In this document: positions 57,475 through 64,000 of the stretch, one piece after another | Position numbering within the stretch: position 1 is the first letter of the stretch | Layout of the letters: each line of letters begins with the position of its first letter | The notes under the pieces: model-generated | What the model saw: the letters and a program-made list of their open reading frames with translations, nothing else | The model's database searches: none | What the model was told of the DNA's origin: nothing | Translations under genes and position numbers: made by a program | Source: Clostridia bacterium | GTDB lineage: Bacteria > Bacillota > Clostridia > Oscillospirales > CAG-272 | Direction of reading: 5' to 3' | Length of the DNA stretch: 64,000 bases | Assembly: GCA_017461365.1 (NCBI GenBank) | Contig: JAFTYG010000047.1 | Span: 9,298 to 73,297 of the forward strand

Positions 57475-59312
57475 AGATCCATAAGAAGGTCAAAGCTGTC
57501 CTTCATAAACTCCTGCATCTCCTCGGAGGAGAATTTTTTCTGCGACAGCAGAGAGACCTTATAGATATACGACGCTATACGCTTTGCCTTTTCGGGCTCT
57601 GTCTCGGATGTCTGTTCGAGCTTTTCGATAAGAGGCGACGCGTTATTGATAACAAGCGTGCTTTCGGTGGGGAAGGACGCGCCGTTCTGCATATTGTAGA
57701 AGCGCATCATCTCCTCCATACGTCTCGACTCCTCGGAAACGTTCAGAAGCGCGGGCACCGACGCATCCTTGAAGCGATCGAATTTAACGGTAACACCCTC
57801 TCCCGCAACGTCGGCAAACAGAGCCTTTATCTGCTCGCTCTCATTTATCTCGCCGTCACCCTTTACCGCATCTGCAACGTCGGCATCGACACGGAGGAAC
57901 TTAACGTCTGTCATATATTGCTCAAGCATCGTGGCAAACTGCGTGTCAATAGGACGCTCGAGAAGCGCGACCTTTATGCCCTCAGCCTCGAGCATGGATA
58001 TATACTGAGCCTGAAGCGCCGCATCGGTAGCGTAATATACCTTATTTTCGTGCTTTTCCTTAGCCTCCTCAAGGTACTCGTCGAGCGTGACCTTTGTGCC
58101 GTCGGTCAGCTTCAGAAGGAGCGCGCTCTTTGTCCTGTCGTAGAACTTTTTATCTCTCATCGAGGCATACTCGATAAAGGGCGCGATGTCCTCCCATATC
58201 TCTCCGTATTTTTCTCTTTCGTTATTACAGAGAGCAACGAGCTTATCGGCTACCTTTTTGACGATATGCGCAGAGACCTTGGAGACGTAGGTATTTGTCT
58301 GCAGGTAGCTTCTCGACACGTTAAGGGGCAATTCGGGGCAATCGAGCACGCCCTTGAGCATAAGAAGATACTCGGGAATGACCTCCTTGATATTATCGGC
58401 AACGTAGACCTGATTGTAGTAGAGCTTTACCTGTCCCTCTATCGTTTCGTACTCGTTTGCGAGCTTGGGGAAATAGAGTATTCCCTTGAAGTTCAAGGGG
58501 TAATCTGCGTTGATGTGGATATGGAAAAGAGGCTCTTTATAGTCAAGGAATACCTTGCGGTAAAACTCCTTATACTCCTTGTCAGTACACTCATTGGGTG
58601 CTTTCTGCCAGAGCGGCGACTTATCATTTACGGGCTCGGGCGTCTTATCCTCGCTTACCTCCTCGCTCTCGTCGACGAAATATATGTCAACGGGCATAAA
58701 CGAGCAATACTTTTCAAGCATAGCGCGTATCTTGGATGCCGAAAGATATTCCTTTTCGTCCTCGGCGATATGCATTATAACGGCTGTTCCCCTATCTGCG
58801 CGTTCGGACGCGGACGTCTCATATTCTCCCGACTCGTTACAGCTCCAGTACACTGCGGGAGCGTCCGTATAGGACTTTGTGATGACCTCAACTCTGTCGC
58901 TGACCATAAAAGAGGAATAAAATCCAAGACCGAAGTGACCGATTATGCCGTTCTTTGCGTCTCCGCTCTCGTCCTCGTACTTCTTGATAAAGTCGACAGC
59001 ACCCGAGAGCGCGATGCTGCAAATATACTTTTCAAGCTCCTCCTCGGTCATACCGATACCGTTATCCTCGACCGACAGAGTTCCCGCCGCGCTGTCAAGG
59101 CGGACGGTGATCGAATAGGTCTCGTCTCCACCGTCACGGATGCCGAGAGCCGAAAGTCTTTTGAGCTTTGTTATGGCGTCGGATGCGTTTGACACTATCT
59201 CGCGAAGAAATATATCCTTTTCGGAGTAGAGCCATTTTTTGATTATCGGGAAAATATGCTCGGTATCTACCGAGATACCGCCTCTCTTTACGTTTTGTTC
59301 ATTGTTGTTCAT
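57471..59312 (-). CDS. htpG: Molecular chaperone HtpG (Hsp90)
   Basis: LYSEKDIFLREIVSNASDA, DNGIGM, IGHFGLGFYS, PLNVSRS. Confidence 0.97.
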   Translation of the reverse strand: MNNNEQNVKRGGISVDTEHIFPIIKKWLYSEKDIFLREIVSNASDAITKLKRLSALGIRDGGDETYSITVRLDSAAGTLSVEDNGIGMTEEELEKYICSIALSGAVDFIKKYEDESGDAKNGIIGHFGLGFYSSFMVSDRVEVITKSYTDAPAVYWSCNESGEYETSASERADRGTAVIMHIAEDEKEYLSASKIRAMLEKYCSFMPVDIYFVDESEEVSEDKTPEPVNDKSPLWQKAPNECTDKEYKEFYRKVFLDYKEPLFHIHINADYPLNFKGILYFPKLANEYETIEGQVKLYYNQVYVADNIKEVIPEYLLMLKGVLDCPELPLNVSRSYLQTNTYVSKVSAHIVKKVADKLVALCNNEREKYGEIWEDIAPFIEYASMRDKKFYDRTKSALLLKLTDGTKVTLDEYLEEAKEKHENKVYYATDAALQAQYISMLEAEGIKVALLERPIDTQFATMLEQYMTDVKFLRVDADVADAVKGDGEINESEQIKALFADVAGEGVTVKFDRFKDASVPALLNVSEESRRMEEMMRFYNMQNGASFPTESTLVINNASPLIEKLEQTSETEPEKAKRIASYIYKVSLLSQKKFSSEEMQEFMKDSFDLLMDL

Positions 59313-60771
59313 CGTTTTTTTCTTCTTCCTTTCTCAGGGGTTCTGTGTTTTTTGTATTTTCAGCATTATCTGCGTTGTCGGCGTTATCCGTATTTTCTAT
59401 CGGTTCCTCTTCAGTATTAGCTTTCGATCTTTTGAATATCAGCTTGAAAAGCTTACCGAAAAGATGTCCAGCGAGAGTAAATATCTTATGTGACAAAGTT
59501 TCGTGCGTAGCGTAGGGATCTACAAGCGAGTCGGCAGGATAGTATTCTGCGGTGTTTACGGGCAGGTTCTTTTTGCGCAGTCTGTTCTCTGCAAGCTCGT
59601 TTATTATCGCCAATATGACCGCGAAGATCGGCACGCCGAGTATCATTCCTATCACTCCGAACAGATCTCCCATAATTATGATCGACACCATTACTCCGAG
59701 TGAGCTCATACCCGTGGAGTTTCCGAGTATCTTGGGACCGATTATATTTCCGTCTATCTGCTGAATTATAATAATGAGCAAAAGGAACAGAAACGCCTTT
59801 GACGGATCGACTATGAAAATGATAAAGAATGAGGGTATAGCTCCGATAAACGGGCCGAAAACGGGAATGACGTTCGTGACGCAGACAATTGTAGAAACAA
59901 GGACGTAAAATGGCATATCGAAGAAAAAGAGCGTCACAAGCGTGATAAGTCCTATTATGAGCGAGTCGATTATCTTACCGACGAGAAATCCGCCGAAGGT
60001 CTTATTGCAAAGCCTTGCGTATTTGTAAAGTCGCTCTTTTCCCTCTGCGCTGAGAAACGCCGTGCTCAGCTTGTTTGCCTGCGCCTTGAGATTTGTCTTG
60101 GCGATAAGAACGTATATGGAAATAAATATGGCAAATACAAAATTTTTAACGCCGACAACAAGTCCCGTTCCGTACTTGACGGCATACTCTCCGATAGCCT
60201 GAAAGACGTCGCCCGACGTTGTGAAAAATCTTGAAATGAGTGAGAGGAGCTGTTCTCTGTTGACCTCGATCTCGTTATGCGTATCGAGATATTTTCCGAT
60301 AAGTCCGTTTATCAGATTTATCGTGTTGTCGATATAAGTATCAAATGAGGTGACGAGCACGATGATGCTTTCTATGAGCTGAGGCAGCATAAGGAATATC
60401 ACCGCTACGAGAAATAGCGCCGCAACGATATACGTTGACAAAAGCGAGATCACTCTCACAAACGCCTTGCTCTTTAATTTTCCAAACACCCTACCCTCAA
60501 AAAATTTCAGTATGGGATTGAGAAGATAGGCAAGTCCGAAGCCGATTATAACGGGTGTAAGCACCTCTATCACAGTTCCCGCGGCGGCAGAAAGCCCCGA
60601 AATATTTACAATAGCGTAAAGCGCAACAAAAAGGGCGATACAGATAACGGCAACCGTTATACTTCTCTGCCCTCCGCCCTTGCGCGGCTTATGCTGTTCG
60701 TTATTGGACTCCGCTTCGGGTATCTTTTTTTCCTCCTCGGGCGTCCCGTTATTTTTGTAATCTTCGTTCAT
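59299..60771 (-). CDS. AI-2E family transporter
   Basis: AYLLNP, GKIIDS, NVIPVFGP, QQIDGNIIGPKILG. Confidence 0.9.
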   Translation of the reverse strand: MNEDYKNNGTPEEEKKIPEAESNNEQHKPRKGGGQRSITVAVICIALFVALYAIVNISGLSAAAGTVIEVLTPVIIGFGLAYLLNPILKFFEGRVFGKLKSKAFVRVISLLSTYIVAALFLVAVIFLMLPQLIESIIVLVTSFDTYIDNTINLINGLIGKYLDTHNEIEVNREQLLSLISRFFTTSGDVFQAIGEYAVKYGTGLVVGVKNFVFAIFISIYVLIAKTNLKAQANKLSTAFLSAEGKERLYKYARLCNKTFGGFLVGKIIDSLIIGLITLVTLFFFDMPFYVLVSTIVCVTNVIPVFGPFIGAIPSFFIIFIVDPSKAFLFLLLIIIIQQIDGNIIGPKILGNSTGMSSLGVMVSIIIMGDLFGVIGMILGVPIFAVILAIINELAENRLRKKNLPVNTAEYYPADSLVDPYATHETLSHKIFTLAGHLFGKLFKLIFKRSKANTEEEPIENTDNADNADNAENTKNTEPLRKEEEKNDEQQ

Positions 60772-60956
60772 AAAATATCCTTTCGGAACAGGTATATAGT
60801 TCGTCAAATACTATTTTATAATTTTTTTACCGTTTAGTCAATAGGAAAGAAAAAATTTAACATATAGAGATACATTTTTTAACGATTTGTCTTGAAAAAA
60901 TACTACAACTGTGATATATTTTAATTAAATACAAATTCCTATCGGAGTGTGAAAAA

Positions 60957-61868
60957 TTGAAGTACAACAGAAACGAAAATATACAAAAAGAGATAACCGA
61001 AAAGGGCTATGCCAAGATAAATCTCCACCTTGACATTACGGGTGTGCGCGCCGACGGCTACCACTCGGTAAGTACGGTAATGCAGACCGTATCGCTTTGT
61101 GACGTACTTACGCTGTCGGACATATCGCTCACTGACGGAGAGCCGCATTTTTCCGTAAGCTGTAATATCGCGGGAGTTCCCTGCGACGAAAAAAATCTTG
61201 CCGTTCGCGCGGCTCTGCTCCTTTGCGAGTGTGTGGGCGTATCTCTTACTGCAAAAATTGACATTCAAAAGAACATTCCCATGGCGGCGGGAATGGCGGG
61301 CGGAAGCGCGGATGGCGCGGCGGTTCTGCGAGGGCTTAACAGCGCTTTGGGCTGGCCGCTGAGCATAGACGAGCTTTGCAGGCTTGGCGCAAGGCTCGGA
61401 GCTGACGTTCCCTTTTGCATCGTTGGCGGCACGATATATGCCGACGGCCGTGGAGATATGCTTCACGAATTCCCCAAAATGCCCGATTGTGCGATAGTCG
61501 TTGCCTGCGAGGGCGAGGGGGTTTCGACTCCTTGGGCGTATCGGTTGATCGACTCAGTTTATGGCAATTTTGACGGCTCTGTTTATGCGCCGAGGGAGGT
61601 TGCGGCGTTAAAAGAAGCCCTTGTCGATGGTAACGTGAGGGCGGTTTCGGAGAATTTGTACAACGTATTCGAAGCTCCCGTTCTTGCCGAGCGCCCCGTG
61701 GCGACGAAGGTCAAAGCGCTTATGGAAGAGGGCGGCGCTCTGCGGGCGATGATGAGCGGCAGTGGACCGTCGGTGTTCGGAATATTTGAGAATGACGCGT
61801 GTGCGGAAAGTGCAGCAAAATTGCTTGAAGGAAACGGCTATCGGGCGTATGTGTGCAGGACTATGTGA
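60957..61868 (+). CDS. ispE: 4-diphosphocytidyl-2-C-methyl-D-erythritol kinase
   Basis: AKINLHL, DGYH, KNIPMAAGMAGGSAD, GADVPFC, MSGSGPSVFG. Confidence 0.95.
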   Translation: MKYNRNENIQKEITEKGYAKINLHLDITGVRADGYHSVSTVMQTVSLCDVLTLSDISLTDGEPHFSVSCNIAGVPCDEKNLAVRAALLLCECVGVSLTAKIDIQKNIPMAAGMAGGSADGAAVLRGLNSALGWPLSIDELCRLGARLGADVPFCIVGGTIYADGRGDMLHEFPKMPDCAIVVACEGEGVSTPWAYRLIDSVYGNFDGSVYAPREVAALKEALVDGNVRAVSENLYNVFEAPVLAERPVATKVKALMEEGGALRAMMSGSGPSVFGIFENDACAESAAKLLEGNGYRAYVCRTM

Positions 61869-61874
61869 ATTGGT

Positions 61875-62317
61875 TAAATTGGAATTTGTCGAGCAGTTTG
61901 TTGTTTTGTTTTTTGATGAAATCCCCTTGTATTTTCATGATGTAAATTTTGCTGACGCAAAAAAGATCCTTCACATGGCTTGCAAGGTAGCAAGCCGTTC
62001 AGGATGACAGATAGTGGATGTTGGGCGATGAACGTATGCATAAGCCTATAATAAGATGCCCGTAATAAACTTTGGCATAAATCTATTTATTTTATCTCAA
62101 CTAACCTGTCATCCTGAGCCCGAACCGCTTATGGGGGCATCTAAAAAAACAGTCGAAGGATCTTGCGACGAAGTCGCTTTACTGCACTCTCCTCATTGGG
62201 GATATATTTACACATATCAAATATCAAACACATCGATAAACTCAAATTTGAAAAACATACCGCACGAACTATGTTCGTGCCTTTTCGCCAACGGCGAAAA
62301 AGATAAACTCAAATTTG
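61875..62317 (+). repeat. MITE-like element copy 2 with internal GTCATCCTGA/AGATCCTTC inverted pair
   Basis: Starts TAAATTGGAATTTGTCG, ends CGATAAACTCAAATTTG (62234-50, repeated at 62302-17); homologous to 34279-34464. Confidence 0.7.
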
Positions 62318-62336
62318 AAATCCCCTAACACAGCGA

Positions 62337-62366
62337 AAGGCGGAGTCACTTTGAATGACTCCGCCT
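62337..62366. terminator. Terminator hairpin downstream of rhaA
   Basis: AAGGCGGAGTCA-ctttgaa-TGACTCCGCCTT. Confidence 0.7.
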
Positions 62367-62378
62367 TGTTTATTTTAT

Positions 62379-63626
62379 TCACGCTCTCTTGGAAAGAACC
62401 TCGTTTTCATATTTAACGACCTCGTCGAACCACACCTCGGTGCCGCACACGCCGCATCTTTCGCAGTATTCCTGCCATACAGCGCCCCAAGGATAGCTCT
62501 TGAGCTCTTCCTGCTTCAGCATAAGCTCGGTATATCTATCCTCAGCCTGAAGCTTTTTAAGCTCATCGTGCGGTGTAAGCATTGCGATAAGCAGGGCCTT
62601 GCGGAAGTTGCGCAGACCGATAGTCCACGCCGCAATTCTGTTAATACTTGCGTCAAAGTAGTCGAGTGCGATGGCAATATCGTCAATTCTTCCGCTTGCC
62701 ACTATCTCCTTTGCGATCTCCTTTGTTTCATCGTCAAGTCTGATGACGTGATCGCTGTCCCATCTTACCGCACGGGTAACATGGAGGGCGAGCTTCTTTG
62801 AGAACAGAAGCATAGAGGAAATTTTATCCGAAACGACCTCGGTGGGGTGATAATGTCCGTTATCCATAAGAGGTGTGATACCTCTGCTGAGAGCAAAGCC
62901 GAGTCCGAACTCGGAGGAGCCGACCGTATAAGACTCAAGTCCTATTCCGAACACCTTTGACTCAAGCGCGACGTACACCTTTTCCTTGTCGTAGCCTATG
63001 CCGAGTATCTCGTCGACAGACTGCGCGAAGCGAGCTCTCGGAGAAAATCTGTCTGCGGGAATATCCTTATATCCGTCGGGTATCCATATGTTCATTACGC
63101 AGGGCACGCCCGTCTCGTTTGCAAAATACTCGGATATTCGGAGACACGCCTGTCCGTGGCGCACCCAGAATTTCCTTATCTCCTCGTTGGGTGAGGAGAG
63201 CGTGAGTCCGTTCGCCTTGGGGTGTGAGAAGAAGGTGGGATTAAAGTCTATACCCATTCCCCTTTCCTTTGCGAATTCTACCCACTTTGCAAAATGCTTG
63301 GGCTCGAGGGCGTCTCTGTCTGCCCATTCACCGTCCTCGAAAATTGCGTAGCAGGCGTGGAGATTGAGCTTGTGCTTACCACCGTCGAGTGAAAGCACCT
63401 TGTCGATGTCCGACATAAGCTCAGCGGGAGTCGTAGCCTTTCCCGGGTAGTTGCCCGTGGTCTGTATTCCGCCCGAAAGAGCGCCCTTATAGTCAAAGCC
63501 GACAACGTCGTCGCCCTGCCAGCAGTGGAGGGATACGGGCACTTCTTTCAGCTTTTCAATCACCTTATCGGTGTCAATGCCTATAGATGCATATTTTTCT
63601 TTAGCAATAATATATTCCTGTGTCAT
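62379..63626 (-). CDS. rhaA: L-rhamnose isomerase
   Basis: SLHCWQGDDV, TGNYPG, DFNPTFFSH, ESKVFGIG, GHYHPTE, RWDSDHV. Confidence 0.96.
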   Translation of the reverse strand: MTQEYIIAKEKYASIGIDTDKVIEKLKEVPVSLHCWQGDDVVGFDYKGALSGGIQTTGNYPGKATTPAELMSDIDKVLSLDGGKHKLNLHACYAIFEDGEWADRDALEPKHFAKWVEFAKERGMGIDFNPTFFSHPKANGLTLSSPNEEIRKFWVRHGQACLRISEYFANETGVPCVMNIWIPDGYKDIPADRFSPRARFAQSVDEILGIGYDKEKVYVALESKVFGIGLESYTVGSSEFGLGFALSRGITPLMDNGHYHPTEVVSDKISSMLLFSKKLALHVTRAVRWDSDHVIRLDDETKEIAKEIVASGRIDDIAIALDYFDASINRIAAWTIGLRNFRKALLIAMLTPHDELKKLQAEDRYTELMLKQEELKSYPWGAVWQEYCERCGVCGTEVWFDEVVKYENEVLSKRA

Positions 63627-63649
63627 TTTTATAATCTCCTCTTTCAAAA

Positions 63650-64000
63650 TTATACTTTCTTTACGTCAAATGAAGCAAATACCATTTCTCTTGCCTCTGC
63701 AATGCTTCCAAACACGCCAACGCCAAGCATCTGCGCGAGAATATTTCCGATTGCCGTCGCCTCGGTAGGCCCCGTGTAAACGGGAATATCGAGAGCCTTT
63801 GCCGTCAGCTCATTGAGATAGCTGTCCTTACTTCCGCCGCCGATGATATGGAGCGCCTCGGGCTTTTTACCCGTCATTTCGGTGATCTCACGGATAGTCT
63901 CGGCATAGCACTCTGCAAGGCTGTGATATACGCAGCAGAGCATATGGTCAAGAGGCATATCGGGTGAGCCGCACGCCTCCCTGATTGCGCCCATCATGCT
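63650..64000 (-). CDS. rhaB: Rhamnulokinase, C-terminal part (truncated by window edge)
   Basis: YHSLA, LHIIGGGS, GPTEATAIGN; directly upstream of rhaA. Confidence 0.85.
   Translation of the reverse strand, partial: SMMGAIREACGSPDMPLDHMLCCVYHSLAECYAETIREITEMTGKKPEALHIIGGGSKDSYLNELTAKALDIPVYTGPTEATAIGNILAQMLGVGVFGSIAEAREMVFASFDVKKV

Noticed and set aside
59340-59400. Short NADNADNAEN repeat in the AI-2E transporter tail
   Set aside because: Ordinary low-complexity disordered tail.
62056-62328. 90-aa ORF in the ispE-rhaA gap
   Set aside because: Lies within a non-coding repeat that is also present at 34279-34464; no SD or motifs.

Overview
Chromosomal window from a moderate-GC Firmicute, probably an uncultured gut or rumen Clostridia (inferred from gene content, Shine-Dalgarno style and sigmaA promoters). 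It is mostly housekeeping and catabolic genes: gap, gdhA, glpK, htpG, ispE, rhaA/rhaB, an aminotransferase, two AGCS symporters (one under a glycine riboswitch) and several AraC/DeoR/LysR-controlled sugar clusters. The stand-out feature is a compact ~7 kb, seven-gene, uninterrupted podophage-like DNA-packaging/head operon (1212-8208: terS-like, terL, nozzle-like, portal, scaffold, P22-like capsid, adaptor-like). It is bounded by two terminators and has no recognisable integrase, repressor, replication, lysis or tail-fibre gene, making it a candidate domesticated gene-transfer-agent-like system. Other notable items: a glycyl-radical enzyme cluster with an atypical Cys loop (GCNW), a type I toxin-antitoxin locus whose toxin ORF carries two nonsense codons, an internally deleted RAYT-like pseudogene with GTAG-REP repeats, a two-copy MITE-like repeat, an esterase-acyltransferase fusion, and a surface-protein operon with a 50-aa leader-like peptide. 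No rRNA, tRNA or CRISPR array was seen. All product calls come from motif recognition by eye, not database searches.
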